This document shows positions 17,664 to 27,043 of a DNA stretch of 39,498 bases, piece by piece. Below the pieces are notes generated by a model, which worked only from the letters and a program-made list of their open reading frames with translations, did not search any database and was not told the origin of the DNA. The position numbers and the translations under genes are program-made. Numbering within the stretch: the stretch's first letter is position 1; each line of letters begins with the position of its first letter. Source of the DNA: a virus (Duplodnaviria > Caudoviricetes); the IMG/VR virus record IMGVR_UViG_3300037790_000089, positions 1 to 39,498 of that record; one strand, 5' to 3'.

Positions 17664-19813
17664 CCCGAGTTCAACCGACCCAGCCGAGCCATGACATCAT
17701 TGCGCTTGCTCTCGCCGCCAGACGCTTCGCCCTTCGGCGCGGGCGCGCTGGCGGGGCGATCGAACAGGTCATCCTGATTGCCGCGTGCGGCCTCGATCAG
17801 CGCTTCGATATCGGCCCGGCGATCTTCCCATTGCTGATCGGACCAGGAGCCGCGCCGCCCCCGGCGCGCGCCGATATATTCGAGCAGGCAGACCGATTGC
17901 ACATCGGTGTCAAACCAGTGGTTATCGCCGCGCGCCACCCAGATCTGGCGCACAAAGCCGGTGGATTTGGAGCGTTCTTCCTTGAGGTATTCAGAGGTGA
18001 GCTGCTGGAACAGCGCCTCTTCCGCCTCGCCCGGGAAGTAGCAGAAGCCCTGCGGCGGGCCCGCCTCGCCGATCTTGTCGAGGGTGCGGGCATAGCGGGT
18101 GACGAGGATCTGCTTCGCCGGCCAGGTGCCGGTGTGCCAGACCTTGAGCCCGTACTTTTTCTTCTTGCCGGTCTTGCCGACCTCTTTCTGTTCGGTGCGG
18201 GCTATCAGCGGCTTGGTCCAGCCCGGATCACCCACGAGCACCTTGGCGCCCAGATGGTGATTGCGGGTGACCCATTTATGCACCGCATCGGTGTTATAGC
18301 GGCCATCAACGCCGATGCCGTCGAACCTGATATGAGCGCCGCCGGGCAGAGGCGCGCCCCGCTGGGCGACCACATCGAGCTTGGGCCAGGCGCCCTTGAA
18401 GGCCTCCGCCGTTTCACCGGCGAGGAAGCCCCAGTCGAGATACCAGCCGCGTTCGTCCGCGTCGTATCCCTTGATCAGGTAATAGAGCCCGTCGCGCTGC
18501 ACATCCACCGTGAGCGTGAAGACCAGCGGGCCCCATGCGCCCTCGCCCTTGGAGAACTCGGTCGTGCGGCGGGCGTAGAGTTTCTCCCAGTCCGGGGTGA
18601 GGGTTTCGACCTCATACGGGCGGCCCAGATCGAGATTGGTGAACACCATCTCGGCCTTTGGATCGCCCTTCGCGTCGGCCTGTTTCTGGGCCAGCATCTC
18701 CCAGGTGAGGAAGGGGTTCATCTCGCCGGTGATCCAGTAGCCCGGACGCATGGCGTATATGCCCAGATCGCGGGTGAGCCAGCGTTGCGCCTCGGCCTCT
18801 GTCTCGATCACGCGAGGCGGTTTGACGCCATCGATCTCGCGGGTGTGAATCCAGATCCCGCGCGCATTCATGGCCCGCTTGTCAGCATGGGTATGCTCGC
18901 ACCCGCAGGCCGGGCAGTCATAGCGGACATTCCAGGGCGGTCCGTCCTCGGCGATCTGCATGTCCTCGATCCGCAGATCAAAGCGCGCCTCGCAATGAAC
19001 GCAGCCCATATACCAGCGACCCTTTGAGCTGGCGTCATACCGGGCCGTGATGAGGCACCCGCGCAGGATCAGCGGCGTGGAGATGTCGAATATTTTGGCG
19101 ATGCCGAGCGAGTAATACAGATCCACCCGCTTCAGGGAGAGAGAGAAGGGATGCCCTTCGCCGCCGGCGTCAGTCTCCCAGCCGGAGATGTCATCGCGGA
19201 TCAGGAAACGGATCGTGTGCTGGCGCAGGGTGTTGGGGCTTTCGGCCCCGGCCAGCATGAGCGATGACCCGTTCATGAAGCGGATCTTCAGCCCGGTCGA
19301 GCCGCCGTCGGTCCGTGCGGAGCGAGGCAGGACCGAGCCGACAAGGCCCTGTTCCGCATCCCCGCCCAGCGCCGGGCTGGCCTCGACCATCGGCCAGAAC
19401 TTGTTTTCCGCCCAGTGCCGGGCCTGCCCCAGGGTCGGCTGGATCATCATGGCGGGGGCGCGCATGTTTGACAGCACGCCCGAGATCCAGAGGTCGGCGG
19501 TGACCGTGCCGCCCGACTGGGCGCACTTGATCATCACCACATCCTGACACGGATCCTCGGGGCTGAGCCGGGCGAGCGGCTCGACCAGGAACGGCGCGGT
19601 CGCATGGCTATACAGTCCGGGCTTGGGCGAGCCTTCCGGAAAATGGATATTCGTCTCGGCCCAGCTGCCCGGATCAAACGGCGGCGGCGGGGTGAGCGCA
19701 TCCAGCGCCGCCGCCTCGACCGCGAGGGCGTTCATGGTGAAGACATAGGCCGGATCGGTCGCGAACTCGGGATCCGGCGTAAAATCGAACTGCGGCGCGG
19801 AACCGTCAGGCAT
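17660..19813 (-). CDS. terL: Terminase large subunit (lambda gpA family)
   Basis: APFLVEPL, KCAQSGGT, ISTP, Cys cluster, LTVDVQ and NHWFD motifs; start ATG 19813 overlaps the terS stop. Confidence 0.92.
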   Translation of the reverse strand: MPDGSAPQFDFTPDPEFATDPAYVFTMNALAVEAAALDALTPPPPFDPGSWAETNIHFPEGSPKPGLYSHATAPFLVEPLARLSPEDPCQDVVMIKCAQSGGTVTADLWISGVLSNMRAPAMMIQPTLGQARHWAENKFWPMVEASPALGGDAEQGLVGSVLPRSARTDGGSTGLKIRFMNGSSLMLAGAESPNTLRQHTIRFLIRDDISGWETDAGGEGHPFSLSLKRVDLYYSLGIAKIFDISTPLILRGCLITARYDASSKGRWYMGCVHCEARFDLRIEDMQIAEDGPPWNVRYDCPACGCEHTHADKRAMNARGIWIHTREIDGVKPPRVIETEAEAQRWLTRDLGIYAMRPGYWITGEMNPFLTWEMLAQKQADAKGDPKAEMVFTNLDLGRPYEVETLTPDWEKLYARRTTEFSKGEGAWGPLVFTLTVDVQRDGLYYLIKGYDADERGWYLDWGFLAGETAEAFKGAWPKLDVVAQRGAPLPGGAHIRFDGIGVDGRYNTDAVHKWVTRNHHLGAKVLVGDPGWTKPLIARTEQKEVGKTGKKKKYGLKVWHTGTWPAKQILVTRYARTLDKIGEAGPPQGFCYFPGEAEEALFQQLTSEYLKEERSKSTGFVRQIWVARGDNHWFDTDVQSVCLLEYIGARRGRRGSWSDQQWEDRRADIEALIEAARGNQDDLFDRPASAPAPKGEASGGESKRNDVMARLGRLNSG

Positions 19814-20582
19814 GGGCGGCGGCGCGCTCGGCGGCGCGTTCCTCTGCAGCGCGACGGGCCTCAAGAGCGGCGGCTTCGAGATCGCTGCGCGCTTCGGCGA
19901 GATACTTGCTCAGTACCGTATTCACCCCCGCCGCAATCGCCTTGCGGGCGCGGGCGGGATCATCGGGATTAGCCTCTTCTGCCACCACGCCCGCGATCTG
20001 GACCAGGGCGTCGCGAAGCGCGCCCATGCGGTTGGTCTCGCGCAGCTTGAGATCGGCAACAGAGGCGAGCTGGCCGAGCTTTTCCTTGTAGGCGATCTCT
20101 TTCATCTTCGCGTCGAGCACGGCGCCGCGCGCCTTGGCGGCGCTGACGGTGTCCTGCACCCGGTCGCGCTTGCTGGGCTGGACCTCTGCAGCAGGGGCGT
20201 CATCCGCCGCCCCGGACGAGGGGGGCTGGTCTGACAGGGCGGCGGATGACTCTGACGTCGCGTCCGGGACAGAGACGGCGGCGACGGCAGGCTGGTCAGC
20301 ACCGGGCGCAGGGGCCAGGCGCTTTAACGGGTTCTGGTGATCGGCGCGGGCGCGATCGGACGCAGCTGCGTCGATCAGCTCTTTCCCCTCGCGGGTCGGA
20401 TCGGGTGCGAAGACAAGCAGCCCGTCCTTTTTCCACTTGCTGGCGGCGGCGCGGGTGAACGGCTCGCCCGAATCCGGATTGGTGCGCGCGGCGGCATAGG
20501 CGGCGCCGCTGCGGAAATAGGCCGGGGAACCATCCGCCAGCTTTGCATCCGGATTGATCGGCAGCGCAGGGGAGTCAGTCAC
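19806..20582 (-). CDS. Terminase small subunit (Nu1-like)
   Basis: Directly upstream of terL; GGAGG RBS with GTG start; ASKWKKDGLL HTH-like N-terminus and YKEKLGQL helical C-terminus. Confidence 0.7.
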   Translation of the reverse strand: MTDSPALPINPDAKLADGSPAYFRSGAAYAAARTNPDSGEPFTRAAASKWKKDGLLVFAPDPTREGKELIDAAASDRARADHQNPLKRLAPAPGADQPAVAAVSVPDATSESSAALSDQPPSSGAADDAPAAEVQPSKRDRVQDTVSAAKARGAVLDAKMKEIAYKEKLGQLASVADLKLRETNRMGALRDALVQIAGVVAEEANPDDPARARKAIAAGVNTVLSKYLAEARSDLEAAALEARRAAEERAAERAAAHA

Positions 20583-20597
20583 GGGGGTGCGGCCTCC

Positions 20598-21536
20598 CTA
20601 GTTCTCCGCCGACGCGCCCTCCCCGGCGGCGTGCGGCTGGTCGTATCGACGGGTGTATTGAACGATGCTGGCCTGCTCGCCCGTGCCGGGTTTGAATGGC
20701 TCTTCATTCGTTTCGGCCATGACCATGCGAAGGATCTTGTCCGCTAGAACAAGGTCAAAGCTGAGCCCAGTTTCAGCGATGTTCAGCTCAAGGCCGGGAG
20801 ATAGTCGCCAGACCTCGCCGCGCTTTGAGATTGGCGTGGACCCCGGCGCAGCCGTGATCGTTTGCGAGGGCGCGGTAGCTACCTCAGTGGCGACATCAGC
20901 GCCATAAGACGAGGGCTCGGTAGCGGTTGAAGCTGAAGGGGAAGCGCTCTCGCCAGATTGCGCCGGCGGGGTTTGAGGTTCCGTGGACGCGGTCTCGGTC
21001 GGCTCGGTCTTCACGGCGGGCGGTTTCGGGCTCGGCGCTTTCGGACTGGCTTCACGCTTGGGCGCGGGCGGCGCTGGCGGCGCGGGCTCAGGCTCCAGCG
21101 GCGGCAGGATGGCGTCCAGGTCATCAAGGCCAAAGCCGATGGCGTCGAGATCCATGTCGTCGAACTCAGCGAGGCTCGCCAGTTCTGCGCGCAGACCATC
21201 CGCATCGTACTCGGCCAAATCGCTCAGCCGGTTGTCCGCCAGCATGAAGCGGCGCGCCCCCGCCTCATCGAGGTGGTTGCAGTCGATCCCCGGAATCTCG
21301 GTCAGGCCGGCCCGCTTGGCCGCCTCGAGACGCCCCTCGCCCGCAATCACGAAGGTGTCGCGCCACACGGCGATCGGCGCGTTGAACCCGTCGCGCTTGA
21401 TCTCATCAGCCAAAAGACGGAGCTGCCGCTCAGGGTGTTTCTTGACGTTGCGGGGATGCGGACGGAGATCCGCGACGGAATACATGCGCAGGCGCGAGCC
21501 CGCTTCGGCGTCAACTGCGCCCGAAACGTCAACCAT
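20598..21536 (-). CDS. ParB/Srx N-terminal domain protein with no methyltransferase core
   Basis: LRPHPRNVKKH, GFNAPI, IAGEGRLEAAK and LADNRL motifs; Pro-rich linker; start approximate. Confidence 0.8.
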   Translation of the reverse strand: MVDVSGAVDAEAGSRLRMYSVADLRPHPRNVKKHPERQLRLLADEIKRDGFNAPIAVWRDTFVIAGEGRLEAAKRAGLTEIPGIDCNHLDEAGARRFMLADNRLSDLAEYDADGLRAELASLAEFDDMDLDAIGFGLDDLDAILPPLEPEPAPPAPPAPKREASPKAPSPKPPAVKTEPTETASTEPQTPPAQSGESASPSASTATEPSSYGADVATEVATAPSQTITAAPGSTPISKRGEVWRLSPGLELNIAETGLSFDLVLADKILRMVMAETNEEPFKPGTGEQASIVQYTRRYDQPHAAGEGASAEN

Positions 21537-21574
21537 CTCAAAACCTTGTGTGGCTGGTGAAGTCCCGCGCTCAG

Positions 21575-21630
21575 ACGCCCCGTATACGTGAAAAGGGCTC
21601 AGGAGGACCCGCGAAGGCGGGCCGAGGACA
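21575..21630. other. Candidate cos/packaging signal region
   Basis: Non-coding stretch upstream of the packaging genes. Minus-strand CGCGGGTCCTCC...CGTATACGGGG resembles motifs recalled (not checked) upstream of gpA-type terminase operons. Confidence 0.3.
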
Positions 21631-21729
21631 TGGGTTTTCAAGGGGTTAGCGGTGGCCAGACATGACGACGCCCGGCGCGGTGGTCCGCCCGGGCGTCTGT
21701 GTCGGCGCAACTTCGCCTCATGACTGAAA

Positions 21730-21759
21730 GCTATATCTCCCGAACGTTCGAAACGTCAA
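21730..21759 (-). promoter_or_regulatory. Putative late promoter (PR'-like)
   Basis: TTGACG-N18-TATAGC directly after the Q-like gene; palindrome CGAACGTTCG in the spacer. Confidence 0.55.
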
Positions 21760-22571
21760 TAGCCAAGTTGACGTGCGACCGTTGACAGGGCGTCCGTCAA
21801 CAGCAGGAGGCGCGCGCCCTGCAGCTGGTCACGCCCGGAAACATTGAGGATTTTAAGCAGCGAGTAGTTCGCCAGCGGCTGATCTTTTTCCAGCACGAAC
21901 ACCACCAGCTCGAGCTTGGTCCTGCCGTGCGTCCCGTCCCGCGCCACCACGTCTCGAAGGCGCTGAAGCCGCTTCGCCGCCTCCGCCGCGCGGATCAGGC
22001 CCAGCTCGGCGTCGCCGCCGCCGCCGCCATCGACCTTGACGCGAGAGGGATCGACCGCCGCCGCGCCATAGCGGCTCTCCATCCAGAGATCATGCCAGGC
22101 GCACGCCGCCGCCAGCTGCTTGCGGTTCAGGACGGCAGGGTTTCGCCCCCGCCCCAGTCCCAGCTCGGCGATCTGCTTGGTCGGCGCGAGGGCGCGCAGA
22201 TGCTTGCCATCGGTGACCAGCCCGCGTGCGATCGCCGAGAACACATCCAGCTCCGCCGTCTGGGTCCGGCGCGACAGATCCGCCTTCACCTGATGGAACA
22301 GGCGCTCGCGATCCCGCCGCGCCTGGAACTCGTCCGCATCCACCTGATCGCGGATCCGCGCCCGGTCCTCGGGCTTCAGCCGTTCCACCCAGTCGGGTAG
22401 AGGCTCGGCCTTCATCGCGGCCTGCCGCTCCGAGACCTGTTCGGCCCGCCGCTGCGCCGCCCGGGCATTCTCGGCCTTCCGCCGCGCCTTGGCTGCGCGA
22501 CGTTCGGCCTCGCGCTCCTTCAGCGCCTTGCGAGCCTCATCACTCGCCATCATCCGGCCCTGTCCGCTCAT
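21756..22571 (-). CDS. Putative late transcription regulator (Q-like position)
   Basis: Last gene of the early operon; DPSRVKVDGG motif and helical C-terminus ending LGY. Confidence 0.5.
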   Translation of the reverse strand: MSGQGRMMASDEARKALKEREAERRAAKARRKAENARAAQRRAEQVSERQAAMKAEPLPDWVERLKPEDRARIRDQVDADEFQARRDRERLFHQVKADLSRRTQTAELDVFSAIARGLVTDGKHLRALAPTKQIAELGLGRGRNPAVLNRKQLAAACAWHDLWMESRYGAAAVDPSRVKVDGGGGGDAELGLIRAAEAAKRLQRLRDVVARDGTHGRTKLELVVFVLEKDQPLANYSLLKILNVSGRDQLQGARLLLLTDALSTVARQLGY

Positions 22572-23653
22572 GCCCGCGCCTCCCGCTGTTGGCCTGTCGC
22601 CGTCTCGGTCAGGGCATCCGCCTCGACCCGTTCAAACTCATCGCGCCATTGATGGTCGCGCTGCAGGCGCGCCTTGGCCCGTTCCCAGTAGGCTGGCGCG
22701 ACCAGCGCCGTGTCCCGGAAGCCGAAATGGATCATCGCCCCGGTGAAGGTGGACCGGAACGCGCCCAGATCCTCGGCGACCAGATACAGCCCCCTCACCC
22801 CGGCCCCGTTCAACGGATGGCGCACCACCCGGAAGCGGAACCCGCCCTCGGGCGTCAGCCAGGGGGCCGCATGCCGGTTGCTGCGTCCCGTCCCGCCCAG
22901 CATGGCGTCCAGAAACGCCCCCTCGGCGCAGCCATGATCGTATTCGGGCAGGTCGGGCTCCGGTCCCGGCTCACGCTCTGCCAGACGATCCGCCGGACCC
23001 GACTTGAACTGGCGCAGGCGGCCCTTGCCGCGGCCTTTGCCCGATCCGCCCTCTCGCCGAGTCTTCGACCGTCCGGGCTTGGCGCCGCCGGTCGCGGGTT
23101 TCGGCTCGACCGCGTCGGTCCGGTCGCCGCCATCCTGCGGCGAAGCGACCGGACCCGGCGCGTCCCCCGCTGGGGGGGTAGGGGGGGAATCGGTTCTAGA
23201 AGGTTCGGGTGACCCCAGGTCACCACTTGCGTGACCACAGGTCACCGGGGGTGATCTCAGGTCACCCCCCTCTGCCGGTGATCTCAGGTCACCCCCAGAG
23301 CCGGTTTTCCGCTGCTTGGCGCGGCGATCTTTCCGGGCCTCGGCAATGGCGTCCGCTCGCGCGTCCGCAGCCGCCCGGAAGGCTCTGACGTTCAACACGT
23401 AATTGTTCGTGCCATAGGGTCCGTCACCCGGCTCACCCACCCGCTCGAGCAAGCCGGCCTCGCTCTCGGTCAGGCTCCGGATCGCCTTGATGACAGGGCT
23501 TTTCGAGGACCGCGCCTCATCGGCGATCCGCTCATAGGACAGCCAGCAAGAGCCCGTTTCATCGGCATGGTTAGCGATCGATATCGCAACTCGATATTCC
23601 AGCCCGGTCAGCAGACCGGACTCGATCACAACGGCCAGCGCTTGAATGCTCAT
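22568..23653 (-). CDS. Replication initiator (N-terminal HTH, lambda O-like organisation)
   Basis: ATG 23653 (MSIQAL), IANHADETGSCWLSYERIADE, TNNYVL; internal iterons. Confidence 0.8.
   Translation of the reverse strand: MSIQALAVVIESGLLTGLEYRVAISIANHADETGSCWLSYERIADEARSSKSPVIKAIRSLTESEAGLLERVGEPGDGPYGTNNYVLNVRAFRAAADARADAIAEARKDRRAKQRKTGSGGDLRSPAEGGDLRSPPVTCGHASGDLGSPEPSRTDSPPTPPAGDAPGPVASPQDGGDRTDAVEPKPATGGAKPGRSKTRREGGSGKGRGKGRLRQFKSGPADRLAEREPGPEPDLPEYDHGCAEGAFLDAMLGGTGRSNRHAAPWLTPEGGFRFRVVRHPLNGAGVRGLYLVAEDLGAFRSTFTGAMIHFGFRDTALVAPAYWERAKARLQRDHQWRDEFERVEADALTETATGQQREARA
23208..23293. repeat. Four 17-bp palindromic iterons (probable origin)
   Basis: (G/C)GTGAYCNCAGGTCACC at 23208, 23230, 23250 and 23277. 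Confidence 0.8.
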
Positions 23654-23856
23654 GCCTGCGCCTCCCCGATGAACTTCACCGGGCCGCGCGGATCGATGCC
23701 GCGACGGCGCAGGCGCGCGTCCTGATCGCTCACACAGGGCAGCACATACTGCGCCCAGCATTCGCCCAGCCGATTGCGGATAATCTCGATCTCCGCGACG
23801 CACGGCGCGTCCACCTGCATATGGCAGGCGGGTGGAGGGATCAGGGTCTGGATCAT
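23650..23856 (-). CDS. Hypothetical protein
   Basis: ATGA overlaps with both neighbours. Confidence 0.6.
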   Translation of the reverse strand: MIQTLIPPPACHMQVDAPCVAEIEIIRNRLGECWAQYVLPCVSDQDARLRRRGIDPRGPVKFIGEAQA

Positions 23857-25526
23857 GCCGCCCTCCCGTCTTGCTTCTTCAGATATCGCTCGACCAGCGC
23901 CTGCACGCGGCTGCCATCATCGCGCGCGCTCGCATCCAGCGGCGCATCGCCATCCAGCACGCCATGCTGTTCGCTGGCCTTCAGCCCGGTCATCTGGACC
24001 ATGGGCGGGTCCGACCCGTCCGCCGCCACCGGGAAAATGGCGTGAACCTCATCGGCCTCCTGCCCTTCCCGAGCGAGGCGTCCGATCACCTGCGTATGGG
24101 TGGCGGGCGACCAGTCCAGCTCGCCGAGGATCACCGTCTTCGACGCCGCTTGCAGTCCGTCCAGCCCCTTGCCTGAGCGCAGCGAGATGATCAGGCACTG
24201 GCAACCGCCGCGCACGAAGTCCTCAAAGGCCTCGCGCTTCTGGCGTTGGCTTTCCGTGCCCGTGTAGAGCCGGGGCCGGAACTCCGCCAACTCCTTCAGC
24301 CAGATGTCGTAGACTTCCCGGTGCCAGCCCGCGAGCAGCACCTTTTCGCCGCCTTCGATCACCATACGGACCAGGTGCGCCACGCTGCGCGCCTTGGCCA
24401 CGCCGGTCAGCTGGCGCATGCGCAGGTCCAGATCCCGCACCGCCTGCCCGCGCTCGTTGAACGTCCCCTCGCGGGCCTTCCGGGCCATCTCCGCCGCCCA
24501 GGCTTCGGCGCTGGCCAGTTGCTCCACATCGTGATCGACATGAATGATGGATTTTTTCACCGGGATGGCGCCCACCGGCTCCGCGCGCACCATGGCGTGC
24601 GCATCCATCAGCAGAGCGCGGACGGCCTGCGGGTCTTCCAACCGCCCGCTGGGCGCAAACTCGCGCAGGAAGTCCTCGCGCTCGCCGAACACCTCGGGAC
24701 GCAGATACTGCATGATGGTCCAGATCTCGACGCCCCAGTTGTAAAGCGGCGTCGCATCCAGCCCCAGCCGACGCCTTGCGGCGCGGGCGAGGCCCAGACA
24801 GGCCCGGCCTTTCACGGTGTCTTCCCCGTGGCGCAGCTCACTGATCTCGTCAAACACCACAAGGCCCAGCCCCGCCTGATCGGTGAACTGCCCAAAGGCG
24901 TCGACCCATTTGCCGATATTGGAATAGCGGAAGACGTAGACATCCGCCGGGGGCAGGTCATAAGGCTTGGTCGTCTCCACCTCCCACGCCGTCAGCGTGG
25001 TGAAGCGATGCAACACCTCCACCCATTGGCGCGACAGGTGCGCCGGCGCCACGACCACGGCGGGCAGATTGCCTTCTCGCAGCATCGCCGCCCCGGCGGT
25101 ATAGGTCTTGCCCGCCCCGACCCGGTCCGCAACCAGAAGCCCCTCGAACCGCTGCAGGATCTCCACATTGCGCGCCTGCCCGTCCCGCACGGCCTGACCG
25201 GGCCTCAAACCGGCGAACGCAGGCGGCGTCCAGTTCGGCGACAGAATCCGGCCGGACTCGGCCCGGTCCGCCTTCAGTGTGGCCACCCCGGTCTCCAGGG
25301 CGCGCGCAACGCCCTCGCCCAGCTCCATGGGATAGCGCTGCACGAACCAGTCGAGATCCGCGCAGGTCATCTTGTCGGGCGGAAAGCGGAACGGGCCCCG
25401 ACTCGCCTTGTGCAGCGCCGGAAACAGGGCCTTCAGGCGGATCATCACATGCGCGGGCGCATCCGACAGCAAAAAGCCCGGCCCCTCGGCGTTCATCTCG
25501 ATCCGGCCATAGGCGCGCGCCGTCAT
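23853..25526 (-). CDS. SNF2-like SF2 helicase
   Basis: ADRVGAGKT, VVFDEISEL, ATP, GKGLDGLQ, ELDWSP and QVIGRLAREGQ motifs. Confidence 0.88.
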   Translation of the reverse strand: MTARAYGRIEMNAEGPGFLLSDAPAHVMIRLKALFPALHKASRGPFRFPPDKMTCADLDWFVQRYPMELGEGVARALETGVATLKADRAESGRILSPNWTPPAFAGLRPGQAVRDGQARNVEILQRFEGLLVADRVGAGKTYTAGAAMLREGNLPAVVVAPAHLSRQWVEVLHRFTTLTAWEVETTKPYDLPPADVYVFRYSNIGKWVDAFGQFTDQAGLGLVVFDEISELRHGEDTVKGRACLGLARAARRRLGLDATPLYNWGVEIWTIMQYLRPEVFGEREDFLREFAPSGRLEDPQAVRALLMDAHAMVRAEPVGAIPVKKSIIHVDHDVEQLASAEAWAAEMARKAREGTFNERGQAVRDLDLRMRQLTGVAKARSVAHLVRMVIEGGEKVLLAGWHREVYDIWLKELAEFRPRLYTGTESQRQKREAFEDFVRGGCQCLIISLRSGKGLDGLQAASKTVILGELDWSPATHTQVIGRLAREGQEADEVHAIFPVAADGSDPPMVQMTGLKASEQHGVLDGDAPLDASARDDGSRVQALVERYLKKQDGRAA

Positions 25527-25900
25527 AGCAGCACCTCGCCCAGGCTGATCTCATCCATGCCGATGCCCGCCAGCTCGCGCGGCAGGCCCAGGGCCGTGGC
25601 GGTCAGAACAAACAGATGATCCAGAACCCCGGTCTGCGCATAGCGCTCGACCTGACGGAACACGGCCCGCTTGGCCCGGGTCCGGGTCTTCACTTCCAGA
25701 CCGAACACCCAATCGCGCCCGATGAAGGCGAAGTCGATGATCGAACCCGGCCCGATGCGATACTCACGCACCACGTCAAAGGTCCGGCCCAGCTGCGCCT
25801 GAAACTCGGGCAGCAACGCTTCCTGCAGGCGCTTTTCATCTTCCAGCGGCAGGGCGGTGGCCTTCATCACCGCCGCCCGGATATCTGCGGCGGTCAACAT
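25523..25900 (-). CDS. Small PD-(D/E)XK nuclease-like protein
   Basis: REY...IIDF...GLEVK...QVERY; ATG 25900. Confidence 0.7.
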   Translation of the reverse strand: MLTAADIRAAVMKATALPLEDEKRLQEALLPEFQAQLGRTFDVVREYRIGPGSIIDFAFIGRDWVFGLEVKTRTRAKRAVFRQVERYAQTGVLDHLFVLTATALGLPRELAGIGMDEISLGEVLL

Positions 25901-26289
25901 GCGCTGCCCCCGCTCCAGTCCGGGATCCAGCCCTGAGCGGCGAACAGCACGGTCACGGCGTTCCGGGCCTGAGCGGGGTTCGTGAAACCCACCCCCAGCC
26001 CGCCGGCCATCACCCAGTCGAGCGGACCGCCGATAAAGCCGCAGGCGTGCAGGTCCGGCCCCGGGCACACATATTTGCGGGCCTCGGTCGCACGCAGGGC
26101 CCTGACGCCGCCGCCTTCACACCCGCAGCACGGGCAAGCGGTCACGTCCGGCGCATCCATGCCCAGATCCCGCGCTTGCGCCCGAACCGCCATGAACAGG
26201 GCGTCAAAGCTCACATAGCGCTGCACCAGTCGGGGCCGCGCTGATCCGCAATCGGTGCGCTCAGTCGCCATCATCGCCGCATCACGCAT
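25894..26289 (-). CDS. Hypothetical Cys-rich (Zn-finger-like) protein
   Basis: CPCCGC...YVCPGPDLHACG; overlaps neighbours. Confidence 0.55.
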   Translation of the reverse strand: MRDAAMMATERTDCGSARPRLVQRYVSFDALFMAVRAQARDLGMDAPDVTACPCCGCEGGGVRALRATEARKYVCPGPDLHACGFIGGPLDWVMAGGLGVGFTNPAQARNAVTVLFAAQGWIPDWSGGSAC

Positions 26290-27043
26290 GCGCGCCTCCC
26301 GATGTCTGAAGTCCGGCCAGCGTCGCCGCCTGGGCGGGCGTCAGTCGGTTCTCACCCAACGGGTCCAGCTCTCGCGCCAGCGAATGGGGGCATCGCACCC
26401 CGGCGCCCGCCAGCTTCACCGCCCGATCGCGCAGCACTTCCAGGCGACGGGCATGGATCGCTCCATCCGGAATGGGCGGACCGCTCGCCTCGGCGCGGCG
26501 GGACTGGTCGTATTTCATGATCGCGTCATGCTTGGGCGCGATGCGCTTGACCATGGCCAGAACGTCCCCCGCAGGCGCCTTGTATTCGCGCGCGATGGTA
26601 TCCAGCCTGCGACACTCACGCGGATGGCACAGGTCCAGCGCCGCCCGCGCGGCGGGCGTATCGGGCAAGGGATCACCCACCGGACCGAGACGAAGGTTCA
26701 AGGCCCGCCTGATCAGAAGCTCGCGACGCCAGTGCAAAGCCAGACCGACCGACCGCAGACATGCGCCCGGGGCAGACCACAGGCTCCGCAACCGCGCTTC
26801 GTCCTCAGCGGCCATCCGGGGGGCGCCGCCCTGGCCCCGGCTATGACGATGGATCTCCAGCACATCCATAAGCGGTGCGGGCGCGGTCACAGGGGTGATG
26901 AAATGATTGCTGCAGAACGCCTCAACCACGGGCCGCGAGACCCCCAGAATGCGGGCCGTCTCGGCAGACGAGGCCCGCTCAGACACCCGTAAATGGTACA
27001 ATCTGCGCACCATCTCTTCGGTCCAGTCAGTGTGACGTGCCAT
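26282..27043 (-). CDS. Protein with a GcrA-like N-terminal HTH
   Basis: DWTEEMVRRL...SSAETARILGVSRPVV resembles the GcrA N-terminus; GGAGG RBS before ATG 27043. Confidence 0.6.
   Translation of the reverse strand: MARHTDWTEEMVRRLYHLRVSERASSAETARILGVSRPVVEAFCSNHFITPVTAPAPLMDVLEIHRHSRGQGGAPRMAAEDEARLRSLWSAPGACLRSVGLALHWRRELLIRRALNLRLGPVGDPLPDTPAARAALDLCHPRECRRLDTIAREYKAPAGDVLAMVKRIAPKHDAIMKYDQSRRAEASGPPIPDGAIHARRLEVLRDRAVKLAGAGVRCPHSLARELDPLGENRLTPAQAATLAGLQTSGGAHA

Noticed and set aside
19180-19535. TerL Walker variants (KCAQSGGT, IRDD) as evidence of inactivation
   Set aside because: The ORF is intact with other motifs preserved; gpA-family motifs vary, so this cannot be called without an alignment
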